From Eledone cirrhosa (Eukaryota), in NCBI GenBank assembly GCA_964016885.1, contig OZ024742.1, forward strand, positions 152,582,001 through 152,646,000: a DNA stretch of 64,000 nucleotides, in the 5' to 3' direction. A program made the position numbers and the translations under genes. How positions within the stretch are numbered: position 1 is the first letter of the stretch; every line of letters begins with the position of its first letter. The notes below the pieces were generated by a model, which did not search any database, was not told where the DNA came from, and saw nothing but the letters and a program-made list of their open reading frames with translations. Below, piece by piece: positions 28,132 through 42,423 of this stretch.

Positions 28132-29104
28132 TTGCATACATACATATGTATATATACATATATGTATGTGTGTATATATACATATATGTATGTGTATATA
28201 TATACATACATATATAGATATATATATATCTATGTTTGTGTACGTGTCTGTGTGTTTCTGTTTCTGTGTGCACACACCGTACTTTATTCAATAGTCGTAT
28301 CGTATGTATGTACATTGATGGGAGCTAGACTGCTTAATTGTCTCATTAGCTATACAGGAATAAAACATTAACAATCAAACAATGTAAAACAATATTATTG
28401 CAGCATATGCCAATACCATCAATGCTTTGGGAATTATTTGTAGAGATTTTAGAGAGTTTATAAAGGTTATTTCTCGTGAAAATGTCGACGAAAATAACCT
28501 TCATGAAGGAAGTCTGGGGAAGCTGGTTTCGTTTCATTGACAAGTTTAAAAAGGTCATGAATATAAATAAAATATATTTTACTATTTTCTTCGGTGCCAG
28601 TCGTATTTTAATGTCAGCGTTCCGGAGTGCATTTCTGCCTCATTTAATGCTGAACTTTAAACTTTACTCAAATAAATTTAGAAAAAGGAATTGAAGTCAG
28701 TATATTAGATGAATTATCTGTTGAAAAATTTTTCTTTTAAAATATGTGCAGATTAATAATAATAAAGATGATAATATTTATGTTTTGTGTTCACTTTTGT
28801 GAGAGTAGATAATATGTCATTTTTAGCTGTGTGATTTATATAATATTGTAATATGTATAATTCCTTTCCTACGAGCAACAAATATTTTGAACTCACATAC
28901 ATAAATATAATAGAAATAAAACCTGAAATGTCGCTAATAGAAACTATGAGAAATGTATTTGTAGACTTGACTTAGTTTTGAACTAATCCATTGAAATCGT
29001 CATTTAATGGAAATCCCAGATATAAAATTAGTGTTACGAAGCAATTTTTCATCTTGGTTTGATAACAATTACTCATAACTGTCTATATTTTCTTGTATTA
29101 AAGT

Positions 29105-29425
29105 CATTATTTCTAAAATTGGCAGAAGGCCAGTAATCTGTGAGCAAGGGAATGACGATTATATCGTCATACCCTCGTACTTGATTGGTACTTCATTTTA
29201 TCGACCTCAGAACTGTTACAGGCAAACTTGGCATCGGTAGATTTGAAAGCAGAACGTAGAAGACCATGACGAAATATGTCGTTCTAATTTTGGTGCAAGG
29301 CTAGCAATTTGAAGGGAAGTGGAAAGCGAGTAAATTGACCCAGTGCGTTACTGCTACTTTATTTTATCGATCCTGTAAGGATAAAAGGTAAAGCTAACCT
29401 TGACGGTATTTCAACTCAGAGCGGA
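29105..29425 (-). mobile_element. Two head-to-tail Meta/MESC-domain SINE copies
   Basis: GGTACTTCATTTTATCGACC and CTACTTTATTTTATCGATCCTGTAAGGATAAAAGGTAAAGCTAACCT...CAACTCAGA. Confidence 0.75.
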
Positions 29426-29591
29426 AATATCTGTTGCGGGAACATTAAAATTAAACGGTCTTCAGATATTAATGGCATTTAATTTCCCAACTCCCGTGGG
29501 ATGAACAGTGAGTTTACCGCAGTTTGGTTTGCAGTCAGAATCTACATAAAGTGACCTAAAATACACCTATCGTTTCTGTTATCAATTCAAT

Positions 29592-29634
<43 letters not shown>

Positions 29635-30104
29635 GCTGCTGATGCTGCTGCTGCTGCTATTGTTGCTGCTGCTGCTTCTACTGTATAATATCTGTAGATC
29701 GATATAAAAAGTATATAGATGTATTCTATATTACTCCATAACATTGGAAGAAGCCATTTTAAGCCTCAGTAATTTAGTAATCAAACTAGCTGCCAAGAAT
29801 ATCTTATACATAACATATTCGTCTATGTGGTTGGTTTACTTAAGTTACCAGTAAATGTTGGTTTATAATCAGTACAGTTAAAGATTAATCAAAGTCCGTT
29901 GTAATTCTAGCACGGGGTTGAAACAAATTGGCAGGCTCCCTTTTCTGTCTACAAATGTAGTGTATATAGACACAAGCTGTTTACATTTTTCTGTATATAG
30001 ATTGTCGGTTAAACATTTATAGATATATTCTATAGTAGTCTATAGCATTGAAACTAAACTGTTAAAGCGCGTGAAATTTATTCCTGTGTTATCTTCTTTT
30101 TTAA

Positions 30105-30275
30105 AGCGGCGCATTGACAAGAGTACTTAGTATGTCGAATAGAATGTTTCGTGACACTTTGTTCTGTCTGAGGTCAAATCCCACGGAGGTTAATGTTGTC
30201 ATTTATCCATTCAAAGATAACAAACAATTACAAGTCCCGTACTGGAGTTGATGATTCCTTTATATCTGTTCCTTC
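30105..30275 (+). mobile_element. Degenerate Meta/MESC-domain SINE
   Basis: TCTGAGGTCAAATCCCACGGAGGTTAA...TTTATCC...CGTACTGGAGTTGAT. Confidence 0.55.
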
Positions 30276-30652
30276 TCTCTACATCTTTGGAAGAAAACGG
30301 TTGGGTTCAAAGCTGTTCAGAGGTTGCACTGCGCTAGTTAAAAAATGCTCAAAGCTGGCCATGTTTCAGCACGGCATCCCTACATTTCTCTTGGTTGTCA
30401 CTGGTCCATACATATATACTGTTCTTCTTATTATTAGGGACCATATAGCACCACATAAGGTATTTCTTTACTGGGCATAGCGTCATGTATTACTGACATG
30501 CTAGGTGATGACCAATGAATCTGTATATGATGGCCAATATTTCTTGACACCTTTTACAGATAGATTGTTGTGGCCTTCATCCGAAGTCCTACTTCAATGC
30601 TCTTATTGTAGCGTTACAGCCATTTCTAGGTTCAAATCCCATAATCATACCC

Positions 30653-30721
<69 letters not shown>

Positions 30722-31269
30722 CAAGCTATGAACTCGAAAACACCGACTAACTGAAATTATTCCTGTAGACTGACTACAAAGTCTGCATCTGAGTGTCGTT
30801 TACAATCGGTAAATATCCGGAATATAATTTCATTCATTTTGCAGGGTAAAGGTATTTTTTCTGATATTTCGCAGTGAGACATAAATTTTAATAGATGTAT
30901 TCCTGTATGAATTTTCAAATCATCTAACACAAGTTAGTTGGACCTAATTAACTCGTTCAAATACGTATTCTACGAATTTACGGGTTCGCAAGTTTGATTC
31001 ACCATTGAGTCTACAATTATTGTGTCTTTGGTGTACATTGCTTTAATCCAACACTCTAACAAAGCAGGGGATAAGTCTACTCTTGTGAATCTCATGACAG
31101 AGATGAAACTAATCAGGCGAATCACTGGTAGTTATAAAATGTTCGTTACACTTGTTTGTCTTTCGGGAAGAGGAGAATAATTTAAACGTTGTAAGTATAC
31201 CTCCATTCATTTTTATAGAGTATCATCAGGTTTACGTAAGATTTTTCACGTTTGCGAGAAAGCTGGAAT

Positions 31270-31490
31270 CTATAGCGGTTTTTCGAGTAATTGCTATTAG
31301 GCCTCTAGACTGGATATCAGTCAGTTGCAGTACTAACCCGCAGTTACAGCTGCTATTCGTTTTCGGCTGAGTGAAATCGTGCATCCTGAAATGAAATGCC
31401 TTGCTCAAGGACACAGTAAGTCACCCAGCTTGTGAATCGAACCCACGACTTTCCTTCTATAATTCATAAAACATTATACCTACTAGTTCA
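31270..31490 (-). mobile_element. tRNA-derived SINE (different family)
   Basis: Minus strand reads GTCGTGGGTTCGATTC (B-box)...GTGTCCTTGAGCAAGGCATTTCATTTC, a common SINE core-like motif. Confidence 0.65.
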
Positions 31491-32684
31491 CACACTTTCA
31501 TATATCAGATCATCCATTCTATGCTCTGACGTTCATAATTAATATTCAATACATCTTTGATATTTAATATAATAGGGTGCAAATTGAAGGATGTTTAACT
31601 AATGTTTCTATTAGTCTAATATAGTGAGTGTATATATGGTGTATGCACATATTTACAGACGAACCCACATTTAAACATTGGAAATACTTCATGCACAGAT
31701 CCTTAAAAGCTGACATGTCAAGATCCAATGATTATTATATTCCGTCAGTTAAAGTAAGATTGATGCCATTTCTCATTTGCACGCGGGAAGTAAATATTGA
31801 CAGTAATTTTTATAATTGTATATTAGAGAGAATTGTACATAAGCTTACAAACTTCTATGTCAATTATACGACATACACATCAAAGAGAGAATAGTAGAGC
31901 CGATGAGTGAGTCTCTAAGTGATTGTTCCAACAGCTATAAACTGCAACCAAAGTTTCATCATATATTACCTTGTGTTAAAATGTCAAGGGCATAAGACCG
32001 AACAATATCTTTGATTAAACGATGGGATTATAAAATTTGAAGAACATTTGATCAATAGATTCGTTGGTTGTTTATATACCACGAGGAAGCCTAATGTACT
32101 TATGAAAAAATATATTCACAGTAGAAAAAGTAAAAAGTGTATGATAATTTGGTATTTGCATACCTATTTCATTCACTGAAATAATTACAACTGTAACTCC
32201 AGAATAATGTTTCCGTCAAACAGCCATATGTACAGGTGTTTCACATTCGAATTGTGAGGTTTACAATATATATTGAGAGACTGTATGCATGGGTACACCT
32301 ACTCGGCATAAGGTACTTTCATGGTCGGGTAGGATAATAAGGTATCTTTCGAATGACTTGATGAAAAAAGGTGCCGATGAACTCAAACGTTATAATATAT
32401 GAAATATATTATAACATTTATAACAAAATACAAGAATATGCTGACAATTTAAAATCCTGAGACAATACGTTGTAATTTTATACTTGGAATAATTATTCTA
32501 GCATAAAGAATCTTCAAGCTTTGGCGTCAAGATCTATTCATCATGGGCTTTAGAGATGTTAAGTATATTTCACTCTCTTCACGATAGAAGAGGATATATT
32601 CAATGTAAGCTCCTAGGGGATCTTGTTTTAAAAATATGTGTTTAGAGTGCATTTATATGAGGTTCAGAGAGTTGCTTTAATAGA

Positions 32685-33060
32685 GCTACTCAAATAGAGC
32701 TGCTCCGATAGAGTGGGTCGTATAGAGCGGGTCCAACAGAGCTGCTACGTCTCCAAACTGAGAGATCACAGCTCTGATATTACGGACATGTATGGAAAGA
32801 ATTGTTGGACAGATTTTATCAACAAAACCAGCCGGAAGGAGACCTAGGGGTGAACACCCAGCAAGATGGTTGGATAACATCCATGATTTGGGTTTGTTTC
32901 GCTTGGGGATCTAGCCGGATCATTTAAAGATGGTTGGTACTGAGAGGACCTTCGGGCAAGCGTCTCTGAGGACTCTTCACCCACGACACTCCCAGGATTA
33001 AATTGGCGAAGAAGTCGTAGGAAAAGAAGAAGGAGGAGGAGGAGGGGGAGGAGAAGAAAT
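32685..33060 (+). mobile_element. RTE-clade (Expander/Rex3-like) LINE 3' fragment
   Basis: LQTERSQL*YYGHV...RIVGQILSTKPAGRRPRGEHPARWLDNIHDLG..RLGI...LRTLHPRHSQD*, followed by a GAA/GGA-rich tail. Confidence 0.75.
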
Positions 33061-35237
33061 TTCCTGTGATAGCAAATTTTAGTGTCGACGTGAAATACAT
33101 AGAAACGAAGCCAACAAGTGAGCGTATATTTGGGCGTTAGTTATACAGATGCAGATCTTAAAACTGTATCACATCTTAACCTGTCATCTTGAAAATACAA
33201 ATGTGCATTTGATAATGTATTCCTAATGTGTGACGAGAAGGACATTTGACAGTCATTTCTAGCTTGTAATTGACCCTTTTAAGGCATCTTAATTCATACC
33301 GGCTTTAAGTTTTGGATGGACATTGTAGATTACTGATATGATGCCTGGATAATCTCATCTGGAACCACTGTGATCATGGATATACTCGATCAAAAATGAA
33401 CTGAGGTCAAACAACAACTAAGACAGCATTATATAACAATAACATCAATGGCTGCAACAAATAGAAAAACAACCATAACAAACCAATCATTCTAGAACTT
33501 AGAACAAAATAGTTAATTCGTTGTGCCCAAAATTGAAAATAAATATTTGTTGATACAGCATGAAAACAATAAATGTTATTCACTACTTACAGACATAAAC
33601 TAAAATGAAAGATAATGAATTAACCCTCATTAGTAATTCATTTATGTTAGCATGCTGTTATAAATCATAGAGTTGAACAATCATTTAATTCTGAAATCAA
33701 ACTGAGAGCGGGTCACACGTTACTCAATTGAATTCTGAAATTATATTCCTCCAAATTTAAAGAAATCACGACCTCAATTACGTCCACTTATTTCCAAGTA
33801 TCCCTCGTTAGAATCAAGATTTATATAAAAACAATTTTACAAAGCGCTATCAAAACAGACATTTCAAGTAGAAACTAATCAGTGACATGTCTTTAACATT
33901 GATACGATACTTTACAAGTTCAGTCTGATGATCACCTGCAGGAACCTGACTAATCTCCAAGGATTTGCAAGGTCTATAGAACTTGAGAATCTTATTAGGA
34001 TAAAGCATAAAGAAAATCAATTTATTCTCAGTTTCAAACTTCAAATTTCCACGTAGAATCTGCTGTCGTTGTCTTACGTCAAGTTTTGAATATATCTTCT
34101 GCTAGCAAGAAATAAATACCATCACATAATCATTGATTATGTGAACATATCGACCTTGTTTCATTATAAACAGGGGTCTAAACTGAGAACACAAAGATAA
34201 TTACTACAGTGTCGATAAAATATACAGAGTTTAGAAAAGTCCATGATACGCATATTTATACAAAAGGAGAACTAAACAAACATTTCAACGACGAAACACA
34301 TTAACAAGATCGAAGACTTACCCAATTATTGGGTGCCTTGTACAACATACACATAAACTAGTTTCATATGGTTTGAAAGACAATTACAATGAAAGACAAT
34401 GGTTGTTTGCGAAAAATCCCATTCGCTTTCTTAGAGTCATTGTCTAAAATGTTAAATCAAAGAAACATAAAACCTATTTAAATAGTATTGCCATCAGTTG
34501 ATGCTTTGCAGAACAGTGAATGATGTCAACTTAGCGTATAGAGCCTTCATTTACTATTATTACGTATGTCATGTTTTTTTCTTTCCAAATCAGCATTAAC
34601 GTTTCCAATGTGCAAATTCTATTGTTGTAGAAAATAACTATGTAAGATCATGTTACAAATATCTACTGAAATGGGAAGTAATGTTAGTTGGCTTACGTCT
34701 TAGCTTATATTTTATATTAGTATATCATTACATTCGTAAGAGAAACAATATACTTCCTTCGGTAGATTTCGCTATTTAAGTTAGTTTTCTCCTATAAGGA
34801 AATGATTTAAACCTAATTTAAGCGGGAATTCTTCGGTTAAATAAAGTCTATATGAAATAAAAATAACAGAGTCGTTACAAACTTCATATCTGCAAGTATA
34901 CAAAATGTCATCATTATTCAATATATGCTGGTATACGCATGCTAAGGTGTTGTCTCGACGACACCTGGTATTACGTTGATTATGGAATGACATGAATGTC
35001 GAGTTTAGCTTCGTCTCGAATATATATATACATTCTTAAGCGCTCATGACATGAGAAGATTGATTGTCATTTTTTGAAACGAAAAATAGTACTCTTTACA
35101 TCTATGACTAAGGAAGAATAAATGAACTTAATTACTAACAGGAGCTTCTATCATATATCTAATATTCTTCATTGTTTGAACTAGTAACTAAATAACTCGT
35201 TTTAACCCCCCCCCCCCAAAAAAAAACAAGGCCAATA

Positions 35238-35238
<1 letters not shown>

Positions 35239-35271
<33 letters not shown>

Positions 35272-35313
35272 GCTACTACTACTACTACTACTACTACTAA
35301 CAATAATAATAAT
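35239..35313. repeat. (CTA)n/(TAA)n microsatellite at the 3' end of the Tx1 element
   Basis: Direct reading. Confidence 0.95.
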
Positions 35314-38300
35314 AGTTTAATTTATTGGCCACAAGGGCCGACAATACAACAGATAGGGACAGTGGGGGTTTGCAATAAAATCACGTAAAACATGAAGATA
35401 ACAATAATAAAACTATAAAACATCCTCCAATAGAGGGTAGAGCGACCCAGGGGCGGCTAAGATACCATCCACGATCCTAAACCAGGAAGGGCACACCTCC
35501 CCTCTTCAAATCAACCAGCCTACAGGTGCTTGCTCAATGTAGGCCCATCCACACGGGCCATTCTCGCAACATTCACTGATCTTTTAGCAAATATACTGTG
35601 GACACCACTTCTCTCTCCACCCTCACCTTTCTTTCCAAGTGAAACATTGACAAAGTTTATAAGGGATTGGTCGAAGAGAAAAGCTTCTGTATTCAGTCAT
35701 TTCAACCTGGTCTACCATACAAACTCTTTCGCTACGGTCACCAGACAGAAGAAAAATGCCTGCACTTCCCGTCCAAGAAGGAGATGGGGCGAGCTTCACT
35801 ATGGACTTGGATGATAGGCAGATTAGTTCTACATACCACAAAAGCCGTTCGAGATAACTGCACAAGTCTGCACTGGATGAGTGCATCCAGAATGGTTTCG
35901 TTCTTCTGTGAGCATCTTAGCCAGGTCGGTTTGACCGCACTTCTGTGCCTGTACAGTTTATCTTGAACTGGCAGTACCAACCGGTAGCATTGTCAAGCGA
36001 AAGGATTTCTGGAAGTTATTCATAGTCCCAGGCTCGAAGGTCCTCCAAAATAGCTTCGTTAGTTCGATTTTAGCGACGCCCAGAGACGCTCCGAGAGCGT
36101 TGTCCCACGTGCCCACTACTAACCCTCTATAGAACTCTAGAGTGGAAGTTCCACTGACGACATTGCCCGTGTGGTGGAGGGCAGTTAGCGCCTGGTAACA
36201 TTCCACATGTTAGGCATCCAGTCTCAATCTCCTCACGACCTAGGACTGCAGCACAGTCAAAGCGATGAGCTGCGTAAAGACCCGTCTCACACACGGCGAC
36301 CATGCCCGTTGACCGTTTAAGAATACCTGAAGATGCTGTAGCCTCAGCGCATGCTTGCTCATCATCAGCTACGGCATGCCAAGCCCTCCACGACAGCAGG
36401 TGGACCGCCTCACCAGTGGAACCTGTCTATTCCCCCAAAAAAGAGGAAGAGCAGATGTTCCAAATTGGTGAAGTGCGATCAGGAGCAGGCCACTACGGTC
36501 AAGATGGTAGATGACTGACACAATATACGCGTTCACAACCATCACCCGACCTTTCAGGGATAGCTTCCTCTCGGTGCATTTCTTGGTGAGAGCAGCCAGC
36601 CTTCGTTACCTCGTCCCCGTACTTATCCACTTAGGGGTCCGGTCGGAAGCAAACCCCGAGCAACTTCACTGGTCCAGGTGTCGAGCTGAAAACTCACCGA
36701 CATTTTCGCTATCAGTTTTGCTCCGGTCAATTTTTCATATTCCTCCAAGAAGGTGCCGATCACTTCGATTTCCGAGTGATGTTGTCCGCATATTTTAACA
36801 CATCCCTTCCACGTTCCAGTTAGAGCAGGATGTCTTCCAACAGCTCCAACTTCTGCAGTAATGGCTCGAGAATCAATACATCAGAAATGAGGAGAAAGGG
36901 CACCCTTGACAGCCTGATCGCGCGATCTCGAACCGTTCCGAAAGGTAGCCATTTACGTTTACTACCGAACATATTCCGCGTGAATTCCAGCAGTTCAGCC
37001 TCTGAAGACAGGACTGAAGCTAGCTATATTGAGGATATCCTCCAGGTACCGATTGTAGACATTATCGAAATCTCTCGAGTGATCAAATTGATCACAGCGC
37101 CACCGAAGCCAGGTTTACAATCTACCCTCTCTATGATGTATCGAATGAGTTTCAGGTTGTGTATGGATCTGGTCGAGATTGTGCATGTACCCGTCCCTCC
37201 TACCAGACCTTCGACGACAATCGTCAACCTTTCGCCAGCACCTTGGCCACAATCTTAAACCGTTCCGAAAGGTAGCCATTTACGTTGACCACCGAACAGA
37301 TTCCGGGTGAATTCCAGCAGTTCAGTTTCTGAAGACACCGAAGCTAGCTATATTGATGATATATTATGGGCCATAAATTATCTAATGTATCCCTCTTGTT
37401 CTTGTCTTTTCTCATTCGCGTAACTATGCTCCGAGTCACACAACTGGAATGCTCCCATTCTGCTACCAGTTGCACTAAATCCCTTCGAGGAGTTCGGAGA
37501 ACAATTGTAGCAATTTTACGTAAAACTCAATCCGAGTGATTTGCGCCTCACGCATCCGACCAGGCCATTCCGAATCTCGGCTGATGTTATCGGCATTTCG
37601 CAACACTTAGCATCGACTGGGGAGAGTCACGGAGGGCCGTCGTGGTAGAAACTGACGCCCACCACCGTCTCCGGTGCTCCCACCCTCCCAAAACAGTCGG
37701 ACAAACTGCTGGTGTAAAGCCGCAACCCTCTGTCTAGCATCACTCAGCACATTTTTGTCTCGTTGTTTCTCCGCAGACGAAACTAGGCGACCTTTTGCCC
37801 TCAGTCATTATTTGAAATGCCGTCACATTTTGGAGACGGGCGCGATCCAGGATTTCTTTAAGGTTTTCTTCCCAGATTTGATGATGTATGTCCATTTGGT
37901 GATGTATGTCGCTTCTATTGGGTTAGCATATCTCCTCTCCTCAATTGTGCATCCAAGGAGCCACTAAGATTCCAGCCCTGTCGCATTGTCACCTTCCTAT
38001 TTGGTTTCGCGAAGAGCCACTGAGTGTTTTACAGCTAGTGCTTCCGTCATAAACAGCATCGAGATGGTGTCGTTATGTACTCGGTGTCTTGCCTGATGCA
38101 TTACCACGCAGCCTCTACATCGGCTTGCGGATTGATCTCCGCCTTTCGTGTCTGCGCCAAAATATATCTGAACATTATGGTCCTTCTCTTCACTGCTTCT
38201 ATAGCCTCTGCCGGGACAGTTAGGTTGGCCCAGATTTGCTCTCGTTTAATAATCTTCCATGCCTGGGTCAACATTTTGTCCTTCCTCGGGTCGAAGCTAA

Positions 38301-38822
38301 AGCATGGCCTTTTATTTTACTTTGACTGGAGCAGCGAAAGAGTTGTAGTCTTTGTTCGCGTTGCTGTTGCCGATACTGTTGTTGGTCACATTTTTGTCAT
38401 TGATGTTATTATTGTTAATATTGTTGTTGTTAATATCGTTGATGCCAGTGGTGTTGTTGTTGTCGTTGTTACAATTGATGGTGTTTTAGGTGTGGCAGCC
38501 TTCCACGCTGCATCCTGTGTTGGTGTTTATGCTGTCTTTTTAAATGTGATAGTATTGGAGACTAAAACCCACCCGTCAACGTTTGTACCGCTGTCACACA
38601 ACAGACGCAACGTTCAGGAGTGTGGCTCCGCAATGTTTTTGGCGAAAACGTTTTTTTTAACAAAAGGGATAAATATCATAATATCTCCAAACATTATAAT
38701 ATCTTTCACAGGGCAAAGACGGAAGTCTTAGGACCACTTTGCAACAAAAAATAGCAAATACAATTTTTAAAAAACACCCAAATGTACGAACTCACGGAGC
38801 TTTCCAAGACACGTCTTTTCTC
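35314..38822 (-). mobile_element. Tx1/L1-clade LINE with both ends present, internally deleted and frameshifted
   Basis: 5' GAGAAAAGACGTGTCTTGGAAAGCTCC. ORF1-like region about 37950-38650. RT motifs RKDKNKRDTLDNLWPI, LVGGTGTCTISTRSIHNLKLIRYIIE and AVINLIT. C-terminal RCSQKNETILDALIQC. 3' GGCCAATAAATTAAAC followed by (TAT)n/(TAG)n. Confidence 0.88.
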
Positions 38823-38929
38823 GTGGAAGACCAAAAGTAATAAACAAATAATAGTTTCTGATTTACGCCATCAAATTTGAGAGATATGTCACAAATCATT
38901 TTCTCCGATGCTCTAACGATTCTACGTTT

Positions 38930-39690
38930 GGCACAATGACAACAATTTTGGAGACGAGAAGTATCGATTAAATCGACCCCAGTGTATTACTGGTATTTTA
39001 TTTTATCAACCGCGTAAAAACGAAAGACAAGTTGATATCGGCGGGATTTGATCTCAGGAAATAATAATAATAATAATTGTTTTACTATAGGCACAAGGCC
39101 AGTAATTTGAAGGGGAAAGAAAAGTCGATTAAATCGACCCCAGTACTTAATGGTGCTTTATTTTATCGACCCCGTAAGGATGAAAGGCATAGCTAACCTT
39201 GGCGGGGGTTGAACTCAGAACGTAAAGGGTGATAACTCTCTGCCACATAGTAGGGTGTCCAATCCTCTACCGATACTGCTAATTATAATAATGATTTCTA
39301 ATATAGGCACAAGACCAGTAATTTGGGGGAGGGGAAAGTCGATTAAATCGACCCCAGTACGTGACTGGTGCTTTATTTTATCGACCCCGTAAGGATGAAA
39401 GGTAAAGTTAACCTCGGCAGGATTTGAACTCAGAATGGCAAGGGCCGTAACTCTATGCGTCAAAGCATGGTGTCCGACCCTCTACCGATACTGCCAATCA
39501 CCACCCTAATAATAATTGTTTCTACATTTGACACAAGGCCAGCAATTACTGGTACTTTATTTTATCGACCCCGTAAGGATGAAAGGCAAAGTTAACCTCG
39601 GCGGGATTTGAACTCAGAACGTAAAGGGACGTAACTATGCTCGAAAGCATGGCGTCCGACCCTCTACCGATACTGCCAATCGACCAATAA
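38930..39690 (-). mobile_element. Head-to-tail cluster of about four tRNA-derived Meta/MESC-domain SINEs
   Basis: Repeated AAGTCGATTAAATCGACCCCAGT...GGT(A/G)CTTTATTTTATCGACCCCGTAAGGATGAAAGG(C/T)AAAGTTAACCTCGGCGGGATTTGAACTCAGAA...TCTACCGATACTGCCAAT, separated by (TAA)n tails. Confidence 0.92.
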
Positions 39691-39796
39691 TAATAAGAAG
39701 AAGTAAAATAAGAATCAAAATGGCAGGAACCTTGAAATAAATATATCAACTGAATCGATATTGGGAAATAACGAGGAATTAGAAAGAGAAGAAGCA

Positions 39797-39799
<3 letters not shown>

Positions 39800-39881
<82 letters not shown>
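39800..39881. repeat. (GA)n microsatellite
   Basis: Direct reading. Confidence 0.98.
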
Positions 39882-39887
<6 letters not shown>

Positions 39888-41619
39888 GTAACAGAGAAAG
39901 CTAAAAATAATAAGAGATAGAAAACGATGAGAAGGATAAAGATAAAATGAAAAGCCGACAGTGTGTGTCTGTGTGAGATAATTAAATATATGGTGTACAA
40001 AGTTAATGTTAAGACAAAAACAAGTGCCAAGTCTTCTGGTATATCGATCGATTTAGTTGGAATCCGATAGCCATCCTCCTACGATAACGAAGTGTAAGCA
40101 TGGTTATCCTAAAGCGTTGGTAAATAACAATTAATCTCGATGTGTAACGTCGCGTCCTTCAGTGCCTTGGGAATAGAGATGACATGGCGTATTGCAAGAC
40201 AATGGAGACGGGAAAGAAATCATACGAAATCAAGAAGAGGAAAAAACAGGGAAGGAAATAGAATAAAAAGAGAGGATGAGAGAGCGATCTGTGAAATATA
40301 GATGAATGCGAATGGGTATAAGGGAGAAAAAGGTAAGATAAACATATCAAGCGTGTGTGTGTGGTGGTGGTGGTGGTAAGAAAATGTGAATGGCCTCAAG
40401 GAAAATACGAGGAAATCTATAGAGAAAGCAAGCATAAAAGCAAAGAAATCCGCAGGTAAGAAGACAATAAAGGAAGGAAGAAAGAATATATAATTAATTG
40501 AGGAATAAATAATTGTCGCAGATATATAGAAACAATGACAATAATAAAAATATAGACACAATGACATAATGACTGAAAGAATAGAAACGAAAATAAAGGG
40601 AGTATGAAAAACTGAAGACAAAAGAGTAAAACGCAATGGGAAAAGAAGCAAATGTCAAATCAGAAAAATGAATAAGCGATGAGAAGTAATGCAAACACAT
40701 TATGGAAGACAATGGAAAAAATTTATAATCGTGAATGACATTCACAATATCGTAACAATTGAATGGCTGTAACAAAGAAAATTAAAGCACTTAATGAATA
40801 CACCTGCTCGGGAATTTAAAGATGAAAATATTTCATAAGGATCATTAGTAGGAATTCATTAGGATTTTCACAGATTTCTCTTTTCACAGATTTCCATTGT
40901 ATTTCAAATACAGTAACTTGTTCTTTCAATTTCAAAGCATACTTCGATAATATGGTGATATACCATTTTCTGAAAGAGCATGCAAGGCTGGATATATAGG
41001 TGCTTAAATTTATCTTCAATTTATCTTCAACATGACCGCTGTTTGGTACTACTATAAACTATATTGAGATGTTACTGTTTGAAAAGGAAATACAGACTCA
41101 CTTTATGGTGTACTGTATATTGTTTATCTCATCTCAAATATTTTCCACGTGACTTGGTGGTCATCCCACAGCAAGTCTTAAGAAAAATCTATGTTGGTAT
41201 TTCAATATGTATACATACATATATAACGAAACTAATAATAAAGATTTGAAAAAAAGCACCTTATGTGTTTTTTTTAAATTTAATATATTTGAACAGAAGT
41301 GCAAACCCACACATACACACACATCTATTCATACATATTCATAACTAGACACATTATGCAAAATAATTTTTACATACACACACATCTATGTAATGATTGA
41401 GGAAGGAAGGCACTGGTGAAATGCTATTGAGATGTGTGTGTGTTTTGTGTGAGTGTATGTGTGTTTATATTTATATACTCATACATATAAATGTATACAT
41501 ATGCATATACACATGCACACACAATGAATGAAACACAGAAACAAGGTAAACTAAGACATCAGGAGAGAAGAGATAACACAGAGCTCGACGAACGTCTCTT
41601 AAATAGCTCCTTTTAATAA

Positions 41620-42225
41620 ATATCTACTTCAGTCATAACAGTCTCTGCAAATCTAAAACTTGCCCTTGGACATGGTTCTCTTGCCAATCCACTTCAGAAA
41701 TCCACTCAAGACAACAGTCACAGAGTACAGAATTCATGTTGCTCAAGTCATGCCTACATAGCTCACACTATCACTGCATTGACGATCTCAAGGGACCGTA
41801 CACATGTTCCACAACCTTCCAATCATCTGGATCAAAATATTTGCGGATCTTCTGGATTGACACAAAATCATCCAGACATGCTGTTGGTATTGCAGAAGGG
41901 TTTTGCTCAACAGTATCCACAGAGAGAGGTTCTCCGCCCATATCAGTGACAAAGTAGCCAAATACCTGTCGATTCCTGACATTGGAGAATTTTCTAATGA
42001 ATGGAGTTGGCTTATCAAGTCTTAATTTTATTTTGGGAAGTCCTATAACAGTACTGTTTGACACCTTGTGTCTACCCTGGCGATTCGGCATTCTCTTGTG
42101 AGCCGTAGCAATATTTCTGCTGTCCCTTTTCCACAACTGCACATAGTTAGTGGATTGGTAACTTTTCTGTTTTTCTTCTATTTCAGTAAATAAACTGAAA
42201 GTATCTCCAACACTGAATTCAATGA
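41620..42225 (-). pseudogene. Mutator/MULE-like (ZSWIM-type) transposase C-terminal fragment with PHD finger
   Basis: KRMPNRQGRHKVSNSTVIGLPK...IPTACLDDFVSIQKIRKYFDPDDWKVV, then frameshifted CELCRHDL...SVLCDCCLEW...GLAREP...ICRDCYD* (PHD-like). Confidence 0.65.
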
Positions 42226-42231
42226 CTAAAC

Positions 42232-42423
42232 AATTTTAGCAGAAAGTCAAATATTTTAGATTTTCGAAATTAAGAACTTTACAGAAAGTCACTACCTAAA
42301 TATTTTCGATCGAATTTAGCAGAAAATCAAATATTTTCGAAATTAAGAAAGAATTTTACAGAAAGTGACGACCAAAATATTTTCGATCGATTTTCGGAAT
42401 TAAGAATTTTACAGAAAGTCACG
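42232..42423. repeat. Degenerate tandem subrepeat (AATTTTACAGAAAGTCA / AAATATTTTCGA)
   Basis: Several imperfect copies immediately upstream of the MULE-like fragment. Confidence 0.75.

Noticed and set aside
30290-30655. Possible RTE 3' remnant on the minus strand
   Set aside because: Only faint motif resemblance with many stops.
33925-33931. CTGATGA motif
   Set aside because: No following stem II-GAAA-stem III.
33850-34060. Possible host exon in unique sequence
   Set aside because: No recognisable protein motif or convincing splice context in any frame; small exons elsewhere cannot be excluded without RNA data.
38075-38731. 218-aa hydrophobic plus-strand ORF resembling a membrane protein
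   Set aside because: It is antisense to the (ACA/CAA)-rich ORF1 region of the Tx1 LINE; the Val-richness comes from GTT repeats.
38930-39690. Regularly spaced palindromic GTCGATTAAATCGAC repeats that look like a CRISPR array
   Set aside because: The spacers are homologous to each other (SINE bodies), the context is eukaryotic, and no cas genes are present.
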